Positions 28,170 through 42,666 are shown, numbered from the stretch's first letter. The stretch is 64,000 bases of DNA from Macrostomum lignano (GCA_002269645.1 NIVC01002507.1:2281-66280); one strand, 5' to 3'. The notes: generated by a model not told the origin, from the letters alone. Program-made: numbers and translations.

Positions 28170-29779
28170 GTCGCTCACTTCCGGCACCTAAAAATCGCGA
28201 TGTGAGGTGGACGCTGCATGCAGGAGATTGTGTGTCCGCTCAGCATTTATAGGTAAAGACGTGAAACTGCCGAACAAGCTGGATATTCGTAAATGCCATC
28301 AAACTTCTAGTACACGTACGAGCCTTCTTCTAATTTAAGTATTTTAGTGTTTTAGTACCCGGATGTAGTGACACAATTAACTTGGCTTTTTGTTAACCCA
28401 ACCCTGAGACCAAGGAATTTCACATGCAATATGCGTCTTGATTTGACTTTTATTTGATTTTAAATATAAAATTGCATCTGGTGAGACAGACTCATCCTTT
28501 GCTCTGACTTTCATGAGCAAAATTATATTCTAGTGCCTCTAATGAACCCCTATAGCTATGATACTACATGCATTACAAAGAAATCAAATTAATCAATCAA
28601 TCAATCAATCAATCAAATCAATCAGTTGAATACGAAAATCATTTAGCAATCGAAGTACAATACACAATACACAGCCCCTAATCGAACGACAGTAGAAAGT
28701 TCCGTGGGAACAAAAAATATTTTGTTTGACATTCTTAACTTCTATTTTTTCTTCATTCTATCTTTCCTTAAACAAATATCATTTGACAAAAGCACTCTTA
28801 ACATTGCCATCAAATTATGCTAAAATTTCTTAAAAATTATGGTAACTAAGTGGTAACCCAACTCACTGTCCATGTGGACTCACTCACCAAGAGATGTTGG
28901 CCAACTCCAGCTTCTTGCAGACTTTTTACAAGAAAAGTTAGGAAGGGAGCACCACGGATAACCCATGATTTTACAGGCGAAGCCGCGATAACTCTGTGGC
29001 GAATCTAAGTAAAATCCAAGTAAAACCCACGGCTTTTCCGTTCGAATTTGCTCTAAAGCAGTTGGAGCTTGCCCTTTTTTTCCAAGTACAACTAAAAGGC
29101 AATTCCATGGAAATTCAGTCAGTAGAATTATTTAAATAGGGTTGGAGTATGGGGTGTGCAAGCGCAGTTGCCGTCCTTTACCCCACTTCTGTACATAGCA
29201 TGCCAGGTAAGAGAAGCAGAGGCAGTTTATGGCCGCCCGTTAGCGGAGCCCATCCGACGCTAAAAATAGCCCGTTAGCGGGGTCCGCCCCACGGTGGGGT
29301 GGGCTCCCTTAGCGTGGGCCAGCCCTAACTTAGGATATGCCATTGCGGGGCTGTGGAGAAGCAGACGCCAGAACTTGACTCGCATTGGTTGTCAAGATAC
29401 ATGGCACTAATTCAAAAAAGAAAAAAACATTTTTTCGGCTCCATTGCGTGAGAACTAAATGCATTGACCTTGCCAGGCCGCTAAAATGGGCGTCCAAAGG
29501 CTGAAATTGGCGCCGGTATATTAAAATTGGTGCCCAGAAGTAGCAAGCTGATATATGCTGCCACTTCTACGCCCGTTGGCACATTCCAGCGCTGATTTAG
29601 GGATCCTGGCGCCGATTTGGTGATCCTGGCGCCAAATTTGACTTTCGGCGCCAATTCCAGCTTTCCCGCGTTATTTTGAGCTTTTCTGCGCCGATTTGAG
29701 CTTTCTAGCTCTGTTTTAGGTTTTATCGAGCTGATTTCAGCATTCTGGCGCCAAATTTGACTTCCGGCCATAGAAATCA

Positions 29780-31420
29780 TAGAAGCGCCATGTAAAAATC
29801 ATAGAAGCGTCATGTAAAAATCATAGAAGCGTCATGTAAAAATCATAGAAGCGTCATGTAAACAATCATAGAAGCGTCATGTAAAAATCATAGAAGCGTC
29901 ATGTAAAAATCATAGAAGCGTCATGTAAACAATCATTGAAGCGTCATGTAAACAATCATAGAAGCGCCATGTAAACAATCATTGAAGCGTCATGTAAAAA
30001 TCATAAAAGCGTCATGTATAAAATCATAGAAGCGTCATGTAAAAATCATAGAAGCGTCATGTAAAAATCATAGAAGCGTCATGTAAAAAATCATAGAAGC
30101 GTCATGTAAAAAATCGTAGAAGCGTCATGTAAAAATCATAGAAGCGTCATGTAAACAATCATAGAAGCGTTATTTAAAAATCATAGAAGCATCATGTAAA
30201 CAATCATAGAAGCGTCATGTAAAAATCATAGAAGCGTCATGTAAAAAATCATAGAAGCGTCATGTAAAAAATCGTAGAAGCGTCATGTAAAAATCATAGA
30301 AGCGTCATGTAAAAATCATAAAAGCGTCATGTAAAAATCATATAAGCCTCAGGTAAAAATCAAATAAGCGTCATGTAAAAATCATAGAAGCGTCATGAAA
30401 AAATCATAGAAGCATCATGTAAAAAATCATAGAAGCGTCATGTAAAGATCATAGAAGCGTCATGTAAAAATCATAGAAGCGTCATGTAAGAAATCATAGA
30501 AGCGTCATGTAAAAATCATAGAAGCGTCATGAAAAAATCATAGAAGCATCATGTAAAAAATCATAGAAGCGTCATGTAAAGATCATAGAAGCGTCATGTA
30601 AAAATCATAGAAGCGTCATGTAAGAAATCATAGAAGCGTCATGTAAAAAATCGTAGAAGCGTCATGTAAAAATCATAGAAGCGTCATGTAAAAATCATAA
30701 AAGCGTCATGTAAAAATCATATAAGCCTCAGGTAAAAATCAAATAAGCGTCATGTAAAAATCATAGAAGCGTCATGAAAAAATCATAGAAGCATCATGTA
30801 AAAAATCATAGAAGCGTCATGTAAAGATCATAGAAGCGTCATGTAAAAATCATAGAAGCGTCATGTAAGAAATCATAGAAGCGTCATGTAAAAATCATAG
30901 AAGCGTCATGAAAAAATCATAGAAGCATCATGTAAAAAATCATAGAAGCGTCATGTAAAGATCATAGAAGCGTCATGTAAAAATCATAGAAGCGTCATGT
31001 AAGAAATCATAGAAGCGTCATGTAAAAAATCGTAGAAGCGTCATGTAAAAATCATAGAAGCGTCATGTAAAAATCATAAAAGCGTCATGTAAAAATCATA
31101 TAAGCCTCAGGTAAAAATCAAATAAGCGTCATGTAAAAATCATAGAAGCGTCATGAAAAAATCATAGAAGCATCATGTAAAAAATCATAGAAGCGTCATG
31201 TAAAGATCATAGAAGCGTCATGTAAAAATCATAGAAGCGTCATGTAAGAAATCATAGAAGCGTCATGTAAAAATCATAGAAGCGTCATGAAAAAATCATA
31301 GAAGCATCATGTAAAAAATCATAGAAGCGTCATGTAAAGATCATAGAAGCGTCATGTAAAAATCATAGAAGCGTCATGTAAGAAATCATAGAAGCGTCAT
31401 GAAAAAATAACAGAGGCGTC
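29780..31420. repeat. 22-23-bp satellite (CATGTAAAAATCATAGAAGCGT) with a 379-bp higher-order repeat
   Basis: The diagnostic variant TATAAGCCTCAGG recurs at 30341, 30720 and 31099 (period 379). Confidence 0.92.
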
Positions 31421-32177
31421 ATGTAGAAAAGAAAGTAAGCTTTATGTAAAAATGAAAAAATGAAAAAATGTAAAAAAAAATAGAAGCATTATGTAAAAAT
31501 CAATAAGCATCATGTAAAAAGAAGGGTCATGTCAAAAAGGAGCGTCATTTCAAAACTTAAAAAGCGTCATGTAAAATAAAAAAGCTTACTGTTGAAAATA
31601 AAACAAGCCTTCCGTAAACTCTGCTGTGACTCTTTGGAAGAATTTCTTAGATTTTAAGGTTTACGGGGGGGTTTTGAGATGTCAAGCCTTTTTGCTTTTT
31701 TTCAAGTCTTGTAAAAAATAATAGGAGCATCATGTAAAAACACAAAAGAAACGTCATGCAAAACATAAAGGAAGCGTTATGTAAAAATAAAATGAAGCGT
31801 CATGTCAAAATAAAAGAAGAGTCACGTGAAACTGTGCTGTGACTCTTGAGGAGAATTACTGAGATGTTAAGGCTCACGGAGAATAACTGAGATGTACTCG
31901 TAATATGCTTATGAGGGATTTCTGAGATGTCTAGGTAAAATTCAGAAGCTACATCTAGTTTATTCACTTTTTTATTACATTCTTTGTTGGTTCCCCACGA
32001 GGGGCGCCAATAGAAGAAGCGTCATTTTAAACAGATGAAAGTAGATATAAAAGAAGAGTCATGTCGAAGTTAGGAGATTCATTTGGGAATCGCTACGATG
32101 TCAAGGCTTGGAGGGAATTGCTATAATGCTGTAATGTTATAATGACTCTTGGGGAGAATTACTGAAATGGCAATGCT

Positions 32178-32229
32178 TTAGGGTTAGTTAGGGCTAGGGT
32201 TAGGGTTAGGGTTAGGCTTAGGGTTAGGT
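32178..32229 (+). repeat. Interstitial telomere-like (TTAGGG)n tract
   Basis: TTAGGGTTAGTTAGGGCTAGGGTTAGGGTTAGGGTTAGGCTTAGGGTTAGG. Confidence 0.8.
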
Positions 32230-35200
32230 TTGACAGATTTTTTAAGATTTCAAGGCTTATGGGATCATCGCTCAGATGTCAAGGGGGGGGTTTGATATGT
32301 TAAGACTTGTGGGGGGAGGAATTGCTGAGATGTCAACGCTTACAAGCGATTGCTGAGGTTATTGCAAAGAGACACTACAATCTACATGTAGTTTATTAAA
32401 AGAACTTTTACTGGATTTTTTTGGCTCCCCAAGGGGGGGGGGCGCTGATTGCTAGTTAAATTCTGAAAATATGAACCACGAAAAGACAGGAGCAGTTAAA
32501 ACTGAAAAATGACAACACTTGGGTTCGTATCATATCGGCCATCGGGTGTTTCATAGTCTAAACCAGTGATAACAATAATCAAACTGGTTTTAAAGAAACA
32601 TTCATCTGCTTCTCATTTTCTATTAATGTTGCTATGGTGACCAAAGTATCCAGGTATCCAGGCGATATCCAAGTGCAGGTTTGTGGTGCCCCTATGACAT
32701 CGCAGCGGCCAGGCCATAGGCGTTGTACATCCTGGGCTCCGCGTTCCGGCTGGACAAAGAATGCCGGCAGCCGAGTGGCCAGGCGGAAATCTCGCCCGCT
32801 GCACTCCGGCAACGGCAGAGCGCGCTGGAGCGATGGAGCCCTCGTAGCGATCGGGCAGAATCTGAATGAGAGAGCAAAATGTGTTTTTGACTGCATGGTT
32901 AGTTTCGTTGCTTCGATACATGTCGGCTGTTTTGTGATATTAATTTACAGTTTATAAGGTTGCAACTTGTTTCATCAATGATTTAACGGCCCAGCGTAAA
33001 AAACTGTAGAATTTTAGCAAAGTAAATCACAGTATGTTGATTACTAGCCAAGGTAAATTCTAGTACCTAGGAAGAAGTACCTAGGTATCCAGGTAATAAA
33101 AGTTCCTAGGGAGCGCTGGGAGGAGTGCATGGCGCTCCCACCGGACCCCTAAATCCGCGCCCCTGGCTACAGCTGTTGCGAAAGATTTTAAAAGTGTCAT
33201 TTTTAGTCAGTTACTTCAGTATTTCTGTTTTACTGAACTTTTATACTCGAAGTACCTCGTAATTCAATTTACGAGGGGTGTTAATTCAGAAGTACAATTC
33301 ATAAGTACAATTCAGAATTTACGTTACAGTTGTAATCAGAAAAGGATTTATGGATTCCGACTGGGGGTATTTGCTTTAGACGAGTCAATTATGGATGGAA
33401 TGTGCTCATCTGTTGTGGAAGGATGCAATAACTCGCTAGGCGGCACCGCCAAGCATCAGAACGTGGCCGCCGGCCGGCCATCGTCGCGGAACGCCATCTC
33501 AGCGGACAAAATCAGCGATGGCCTCGTTCAGTCGGGGAGGTGAACAGCGTCCCGAGTAGCCAAACCACGGCTAGCCAGCCATGAGGTCTGCTGGCAGCGG
33601 ATTCTGTCACCTGCGGGTTGATTGCGGCGGATTGCGTTTAGTGCAACCTGAGCAACTGTAAATTAAAATCACAAAACAGCCGATATGTATCGAAGGGCGA
33701 TTCTGCTCTAGTGTAAACAGAATTCCAAACAATATTATCGCTTTGCTTAAAATGCTAACATTCAGTATCTCATTGTACTCCAGCATAAGATCAATTTATT
33801 TGACTACTCTACTCTTTATTTGACTTCCTAAACTAGAAAAGGAAATAAGATCATACAGCAACCACAATTCAAGTATTTCAGGGCCAATGAAGTGCCAAAG
33901 GGGGCGCCGGATTGCCAGAATTTAACGAACGTGAGATTTTGAATATCCGCGTGAATTTAGATTTTGTTCAAATTCCTAATTTGTTTTAACTTTGCGCGGA
34001 AATTCAAAATTTATTTTTCTGCCTTTTTTGACATAATATTTACAAACGGATGCAGTATACGAGTATTCTGAAAATAAAAACAACTTCTAAAGGACAAGTC
34101 CAATCTATAGAAATTAGAAAACTGGGACTCAGCGATTCTGCGAATTAGGAAATTAGCCTGTCTATCAATTTTAGAATAACTCGCTTGGTACCTTACTTTG
34201 CTAAGTTTGTTTTTCAAAATCTTTTACGTTTAAAACGAAAATGGATGGCTAGTCGTCCTCACTTCTTGCGCCTGTACTATTTTTCTTTGACCAAATTTCC
34301 ACCTTTAACATTATAGAAGAATATAAGATTCCTAGCATATTGCAATTATAAGCTAGACATAAAAGAAAATACAATGAGTACAATGCAAATTAAGAACCAA
34401 CGTACGTTTGCTTACCTTTGGAATAAAGAAATAACGAAAGCCTTACGAGCGTATTAAGAATAAATCTCAAGATCTTAAAGATTTAACTGGGTCAAATAAG
34501 TTAATAAATGATATGTATTAAAAAGTAGAAACTATACGTTGAATGAAACGCGTTTATTTAAAGAATACAATTCCTTGCAGCTTAAAACGAAATGCGTTCT
34601 GGGAGTTTTTTTTGGAAGAGTTGGGAAAGACAAAGAGCCGTCTTCATCCAGTATATATTAATATACGAGAATGAGTCACGGATGTGCAGTCTTTTCAGCT
34701 AGCTTCATTGCTAGTACAGTGCTAGTACGCTAGTGCGCACTAGCGTTCCACACTCACCCCACACCCACCCCACCTCTCCCTCTCCGCTCGTGGGCTGGCC
34801 CCCGCTAAGGGAGCCCATCCCACCGTGGGCTGGGTCCCGTTAACGGGCTATTTTTAGCGTGGGATGGGCTCCGCTAGGGGCGGGCCGTTAGGTGCCACTT
34901 CTGTACGTAGCATGCCAGGAAAGAGAAGAAAGAGAAGCAGAGGAGGCACGCTCGATCTGTATCGTGCAAATGCTTCCCGACCAAGCATGCACTGTTCTCT
35001 GTACACTCTGTTCCCTAACGCCAGTGCTGTACAAAAAAGAGAACTTCAGTTGTACAGAGAACTTTAGAGTTCTTTATTTATTGTTTTTTCGAAAGGTGGT
35101 GAAGTAGACAAATTCGCATGCATACAGATCCCACAAATAGCTCGTAAATAATAAGCCTACCGTTCGTTTCTAAAGCAGTCAACTGCAGGGAATGATTACA

Positions 35201-37250
35201 AGCATGTGACATTGGGTCTGGCGGATGTCACTGTTGTCTAGGTTAAGAGACAAAAATTTTCTTTGGGGTTCACAGGGGCTTCAAAATGTGTTTATGAATT
35301 CTTATTTTAGTTAAGTTCAACAACTGCGAGCAGTGCGAGCTAAAAGGGCTTCCACAATGTCGAAATTTCACAACGTCGAAAACCTCATATAACAAAAAAC
35401 AAGCAGTAGTTTTCTACGTTGTGAAATTTCAACCTTATAAAGTCCTTTGCTAAAGTTTTCGATGTTGTAAAATTTCCACCTTGTGAAGTTTCGACTTTGT
35501 GAAAGTGGCTGCTATTTGAGTTTTCTACGTTATGAAATTTCGACCTTTTGAAAAAATGTGCTTTCGACGTTGTGAAATTTCAAGTTTGTGAACCCCCCGC
35601 CCCCAGCGAAAAGTACTGTGGTGCAGAAACAGCATGGCTGCATGAGTACTAGTTTCGTCACTCTCATTTTGTATTTTTGGTGGAAAACTTTAGCTAGAAC
35701 TTTAGGGTATGTCTTACATTATCCCGATTTCACATTTCTAAGATTTCAGATTCCCCAAATTTTACATTCCCCCAAGATTTTACATTGCCCCGGATTTTAA
35801 ATTTTCCCAGATTTCACATTCCCCAGATTTTGCATTCCCCAAATTTCTAATTCCCCAAATTTTACATCCCGAAACTTTTCATGCTCCAAATTTTACATTC
35901 CCCAGATTTCCTTGGCGTCGCAAGTAAACAAAAAGGATACGCTGTCAGAGTCCTTTGACGGTAGCGGCACAAGTCGCAAAGGAATGCCACATTGCCGACC
36001 GAAACCGGGTCGCCAGCGTCAGCCAGAAAACTGGAGACAAGGCGCAAACCCGTGATACGTACGACTGCCTGATTGTGCCAGCCGCTCTCACCCCATGTAC
36101 GCAAGGCGAACCCCAGAGCTATTTTTAGCAACACATCTGTATAGTGCCATCTGAATGTGAAAGTGCAAGAGGATTCTCTGGTCTGTGTTGAACGCTCTTT
36201 AATTTTTAAACGTTTGCGTTATTAACAAGTTTTTTCTGTTATCTTCTGCTTGCATGGCAGAAAGACTTTCAAACACACTGGCCTGTAAAGACCCTATGAG
36301 TGAGGCCCAAATCTCAGAATTCGCAGCACAGAATATTCAAAGCAGGGTATTTGATCTAGTCAAAAAGAACGCATAGGCACAATGCAAAAAATGCATAGTT
36401 TGAGTTGGGTAGTGTTACAGCTCAACGAAGTTTCTCTCTGTGCCATTTTTAGGCAACCATCAACCCCAACGCATTTTGTTGGGAGTCTTCTGTGTCACGC
36501 GTTCGCAGGCTGCTGGCTGCTGCAGCCTCTAATCTCGGAAACAGTTATTAAAAAAATAAACAATGCTGAAAATGTGTCATTATGTGTCATTGCTATGTGC
36601 ATGCTATATGCGCTAGTAAACTTCTTACATTTTCATTACAAAACGTAAATTTGCAAAAGGGTTACAGTTAAAATGGTTAGATTAGTAGGTACAATAATTT
36701 TGTTAAAATAAATTTGCAGGCTTTGAATTTACCTACTAATACTATTAATACCCAAAATTGTCCATGCACTCGTTTTTTTACCACTGTTTAATTCATCAAC
36801 AAACTAAACAGTCAATTCTTATTCCACACATCTTTCGCGTTAGTGCAGTGAAAACATCAAAAGATGTGTGGATGGATAAGGTAAAGCAGTAAATGAATTC
36901 TAAGTAAATGAAATATTTATAATATTTACAGCGATTACCGCATTTATAAAGCAGAAAAATTGTTGCATATTAGTGACAGCATAAGTGTACAGTGATCACT
37001 CGCATATAACAGCTAGCGAACTTCTCACTCAATCCTCGTAGTTCATTCTTAGTAAAGCTGCTAACACTTAGTTAACACCAGCAACAAAATCATAAAATAT
37101 TGTCTGTTGAATCTTCAAACCAGTCATTACCGGATGCGTCCGATGAGGAAGTGAAGCTGGATTTCGAGCAAACAGACTCCATAACTATTAATGATTTTGT
37201 CTCTTTTGCAAGCGCGGATATTGCTGATCAAAGCGAGATGATTAGCGTGA

Positions 37251-40200
37251 CTAAATGAGAGCTGGTAGGCTTTCAAGCTGTTTTATGTGCGTGCTGTAGC
37301 CAGAATGAACCAGAGGTTTTTGGGCGTCGGATTGGCAGGCCCCCTCAGGCCCTCCTCCCTTTTCAACGGGGCTTGGGACCGTCTTTGGCGAAGCTGCTGC
37401 TTCACGTTGAAGGCATTGCCGTCGACTCACAAAAATTAGCGTTAAAGTAGAGAGAAATAACAATAGAATCAAACCAGCAGCCACAAATTGAACCATAATC
37501 AGCCTCATCCGTTCAGGACTGGGACTTGTTTGCTCTTCTTCCGCAGCCGGCTGGGCAGCCGCAAGCATCCAGTTGAGCACAGGTTGGCTCGAGTCTCCGC
37601 ATCTGTTTCTGGCCGCATCCGGGAAGCTGATCAGAGCCGGAAGCTGCTCACTGCAGTCCGTAAAGCTCACCAGCCCGAGTACCTCACCATCAATGTTAAG
37701 ATTGACAGCTCTGAGTGAACCACAGGAAACTGAGGAGTTCGTACTCTGGACGGTATGGTTTCTGGAATTAAAGTGTAAAGAGTTGTGAAATTTGATTTAA
37801 TTAGCCAGCCAATTGTTCCGACAGCAGATAAACTGTTATTCTCAAGTTAAGAAACTCACAGCTTATCAGCATCCTCGAACTCAGCCATTTTGCAGCCTTC
37901 TGCCCCGCAGTTCAGGTAGAAGACTTTCTTGGTCCTGTGCTCATAGAACAGTCCGATGCGAAGCCTCTGTGCAAGACTCAGCGGCTCCTTGCTGCGGGTG
38001 CTCAGGCCGGAGCCGACGCGAGTTCGCTGGCCTGGAGCCGGTGTTCAAGGGGAGTGAAATTGTGCAAAAGTTAAGGTGTGCGGTCTACAACCCAAGGTAA
38101 ACAGCGATGTTCAGTAAAGGACACTGCATGCGTTCAATAAGCTGGCGCTGAAAACCATTTCTAAGTTACTGCAGGCGAGGAATTTACATCTCTCGTGCGT
38201 ACTGCTCCTATTGTGGGTTTTGCGGCGGTTTAACATAACGGCTTTGTCGGCCTGAAACTTGTGAATATTATTCGATAATAATATGAAAACTATCGATGTA
38301 AAAGTAAGTGCAGGACAACTTTATGTTTCTGATTATGGCGCTATCTGGTATCATGGGTTATATTATTGATGCTGTGTGAAGCATGCATATTGCAAAAATA
38401 ATGTAACTTAGGCCATAGGAGCTTGGGGTATGAGATGCAACAGCAAATAAAACGAAGGTTTGTAACTTGAAAACTTTATTGAAATAAGAGCGTATTTGGA
38501 AATGCAGTTTTTAATTTGCATTAATTATTATTAATTAATTTGAAAATTCGCCAATTAATTCGGCTTAAATTACCTACAGAGTGTGATTAAACCTTTTAAT
38601 CACTGTCTTGTTTATGATTGGTAATCTGGTGAAAAATGTTTTTTTCAGTGGCGAAAAGGAGCATTTTTGAGCAATTGTTCAAATTTGATGCATACGCTCG
38701 TACACCGCAGCACAATTATCAAGGCAAAACTTCTGGCTACGCATGCATTCTTTCTTTACCTGCGCTGTTACGTTGTAATAAGCTTTAAATATTGATTTAG
38801 TACTGACATGGCGGGTACAAGACCTGAATTTACCAGTTTTCTTGACCCGAAATGTTACTGTACTCTAAAATTTGGTGATAGACTTCAAGTTGATTCAATG
38901 CAAGCTGCACGCCACAGACATTAACCGTAGGAATACCTCAGGGAATTTCTCAGTTAAAATTTCTCAGGGAAAGGCTCATTCGCACTCATTCTCAGGAGCC
39001 ATTAAATTCAATAGCTAATGTGCAATGGAATATAGAATTTTACTTCATTTGATTGCAATTTAAATAAGCTTTTGTAGTGTAATTTAAGGTGCTATTTCTA
39101 AGATGGCTTTGTTTTTATCCCTAATCCATTCCTGACATACATGTAGTATATTGAGGGAAGTTCACTAACACAGCAGCACTCAGCCCTGTTTTAAGATATA
39201 TAGTCTTCATGCACTAGTAATTCGTACATTATTGTTTCATTTCGCTAAGTGTTTGTAAAGCCACCGGTTCACTCCAGCTTACTCTCTGTGACGAAGTTCT
39301 GCAGAGCCGCGGAGCTGTTGAAGCTGGCGAGCCTCATGACTCCGCTGTCAGCGCTCATCGCAGCGAGCTCAGCAGTCAGGTTCCGACGAACCGATCCTGT
39401 GGTGTAGCAGTTGCTCTCAAAATTTGTAATGTTTCTGCAGCAGAATCCCGGCTCCATCAGCCGAATTTGTAGACCCGGGATATTCGCTGAGCTTTTCCGA
39501 TTCAGCCGGAATGAGACCGTCAGGTAGCTCCTACAGTTTTTATGTAGAGTGCAGTGGTTGAGTTCAATTACAGAATTATAGATTTCAGAGAATTGGCCAG
39601 CTCTATCGTACCCTTTGGTCAGTTGCAGCACGCGCAGCATCTCCAGTTCCACTGGCTTTGGCTCGCTTGTTGAAGGCGACGAGCAAGTGGCTGGAAATGC
39701 ATTGGGATTTTTATTAGCAGGGTGAGAATGAAAGCATTTGGCCGGTTTTATTAAGTACCAGCTAGCATGGGTCAAAAACTACTGACTGCTTGTTTACGGT
39801 AATGGTTAGAACTGGAAATCGAAACCAATATCACCTGTATGACAGCAAGTTTAACGGTGCTCAAAGCAGCTTACAGTCCGAAGCCTTCGAGTGCAGTTCG
39901 TATCGCATCGGTTGCTGCTGTGCAGCTGAATCCAAAGATCTTGCCCACCTCCGCTGGCTTAAGTGCGCCTCCGTGTCAAAGCCAGTCAGAACCACAACGG
40001 CATTGTCAAGATGGTCAGTCAGAATCTTCCATTTGCAGTTGAGTCCTTCCTCAGGCACAGGGTCCGCGTCAGCTTTCGGAATGATTCGATCCTCAATGAA
40101 CTCGAGTTTTTTGCTGAGCTGGAACTCATTGGTGATGCCACGCGGATAGCAGTACTCGTTGCCTGCAAGAGCTCTGTGGAGAAGAAGAATGAGGAGGAGT

Positions 40201-41154
40201 ATATTTTTTTGTAAATGGACAGTTAAAAGTTGTCGGAAGGCTCAGCTCACTTAAAATTTGGTCTCTTAAACGTTATTTTCTGAGCTATTATTGGCAAAAT
40301 GGGTTGTTGATTATGCGACTAATTGGCTTTTCGGCCGGTATTTCAGTTATTTCTTGCATACAGATCTGTTAAATAATATTTTATATTTTACGAGTAATAA
40401 TATATAGAATGTATGATCACAACCTACTATTATTATTAGCTACGCCCATGAACATGAAGAAATGCCATCGATTTTGTGACAACATTCTAGCTGAAATCAA
40501 TACGATAAAATAGTTATGTACTTACTATCCTACTGATTGTAAAAAGACAAGAAAATCTTGTGTGAAAAACAAGTGCTGTTTAACCCACAGAACTGTTCTG
40601 CGGTTTAACCAGCTACAGTTGTTCAATGGTATAATTCAATTAACTTTCGTACAATAATGTACGACATTAACAGCGCCAGCCTCGCAAGGACAAGTCCCCA
40701 AATAACAGCCCCACCAAGGGGCAGTCCCCAAAAAAGACAGCACCAAAAAGGACAGTGCCCCAAGCAGTATGACACCCCAATCATTATGATGACCCAATCA
40801 GTATGATGACCCAATCAGTATGATGAGCCAATCAGTATGATGAGCCAATCAGTATGATGAGCCAATCAGTATGATGACCCAATCAGTATGATGACCCAAT
40901 CAGTATGATGACCCAATCAGTATGACGCCCCAATCAGTGACGCCCCAATCAGTGACGCCCCAATCAGTATGACGCACCCAAAGTGTGGCATCCAAAAGCA
41001 TTTAAACCACACCAATCAAAAACTTAAATCCGCTACAGAAATCCCCGCTGGTGCAAGAAATTAAGCTTCGCATGACTCACATTTGAAATGTGGCAGACAG
41101 CAGCAGAAGAGTCGACAGTCTTCTGCCTATCACAATCTGCAAATTCAGTCGCAT
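37251..41154 (-). CDS. Copy E, CUB-like/CTLD-like type-I membrane protein, ~460 aa, apparently open
   Basis: join of 41081-41154, 39875-40173, 39612-39690, 39283-39530, 37860-38031, 37251-37761 = 1383 nt. The TATA position is mutated (near 41228, GCTTTTACACG vs GCATTTATAGG). Confidence 0.75.
40770..40975. repeat. Short array (~12 units) of the 17-bp CCAATCAGTATGATGAC minisatellite in intron 1 of copy E
   Basis: Same unit and variants as 26200-28020. Confidence 0.9.
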
Positions 41155-42666
41155 GTCGCTCACTTCCGGCACCTAAAATTCGCGATGAGATGTGGGTGCA
41201 GCATGGAGTTTCTGTGTCTGCGCCAGCTTTTACACGTAAGACGTGAAACTGCTAAACAAAGATATTCGTAAATTGCATCAAACTTCTTGTACGCGTACTA
41301 TACGAAATTTCTAATTTAGCAATCTGATTTCTGTTTTAGTACCCGGATGTAGTGACACATTTCTTGGCTTTTAGCTCGTGCTCGTAGTTTATCCAACCCT
41401 GCTGCCAAGAAATTTTAGATGCAAAATCGTGTAGATTTAGTTTTTATTTGATTTTATATACAATGAAGCATCTGGCGAGCCAGACTCAGCCTTTGCTCTG
41501 ACTTACCTGAGCATACGAGCGTAATTGCATGTATATTTGAGTGGCTCTAATGACCTCAATAGCTATAATACTATACATGTGTTGCAGATTTAGTCATCTT
41601 TTCAGATTGAATTTAAAAATAATTTAGCAGTAGAAGTACAATACACACACAACCCCAAAGGACTCGCGAACGAGAATGTCTGTTAATCGAACGATGGTAG
41701 AAAATTCTGTGGTAACACAAAATATTTTGTTAACGATTCTAACTATTTTGCTTCCTATCTTTCCTTAAACAAATATCATTTGACAAAAGAGGACACTTTA
41801 ACATGGCCATCAAATTATGCTCAAATTTCTTAAAAACTATGGTAACTAAATGTGCACGAAACTCAACTCACTGTCCATGTGGACTCACTCACCAAGAGAT
41901 GTTGGCCAACTCCAGCTTCCTGCAGACTTTATGCAAGAAAATTTAAGAAGGGAGCACCACGGAAAACGCATGATTTTACAGGCGAAGCCGCGGTAACTCT
42001 GTGGCAGATCCAAGTAAAATCCAAGTAAAAACCCACGGCTTTTCCGCGGCGAATGTTTCTCTTAAAGCAGTTGGAATTTGCCCCTCCTTTCAAGTACAAC
42101 TAAAAGGCAATTCCATGGCTCTCCCATGGAAATTCAGTCAGTAGAATTGTTTAAATAGGGTTGGAGTGTGGGTGTATGCGTGCGCACAGTTGCCGCCCTA
42201 TTGTACGAGTACGTAGCATGCCAGGAAAGAGAGACAGAAGAGATCTGTATCGTTCATGCGCTTTCAGACCAAGCATGCACTGTTCTCTGTACGCCGCCTA
42301 ACGCTGTACGTTCGTACAAAAAAGAAAACTTCAATTTTTCTGTGAACTTAAGAGTTCTTTATTTATTGTTCAAAGCTCAAGGCCCAAAGGCAAAGCAGTT
42401 AACTGCAGGGAATGATTACAAGCATGTGACATACGTAGGGTCTGGTGGATGTCACTGTCGTCAAAAGTTAAGAGACTAAAATTTTCTTTAGGGTTTCACA
42501 AGGGTCTTCAGAATGTGTTTATGAATTCTTCTTTTAGTTCAGTTCAACAACTGCGAGCAGTGCGAGCTTACGAGCTAAAAGTACTGAGGTGCAGAAACAG
42601 CATGAGTATTAGTTTCTTCGCTCTCATTTTTTTTCTGGTGGAAAACTTTAGCTAGAACTTTAGGGT

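Larger units (their letters stand above)
29230..34888. mobile_element. Non-autonomous or decayed TIR DNA element (~5.7 kb)
   Basis: ~95-bp GC-rich imperfect inverted repeats at 29230-29325 and 34792-34888. Flanked by a ~40-bp direct repeat (29183-29222 / 34895-34943). No recognisable transposase ORF. Confidence 0.6.

Noticed and set aside
26200-31420. CRISPR-like arrays (also 44846-45499 and 56608-57182)
   Set aside because: Units are head-to-tail with no unique spacers, there are no cas genes, and the context is eukaryotic.
33400-34700. Possible transposase remnant inside the TIR element
   Set aside because: All frames are interrupted by stops and no recognisable catalytic motif was found.
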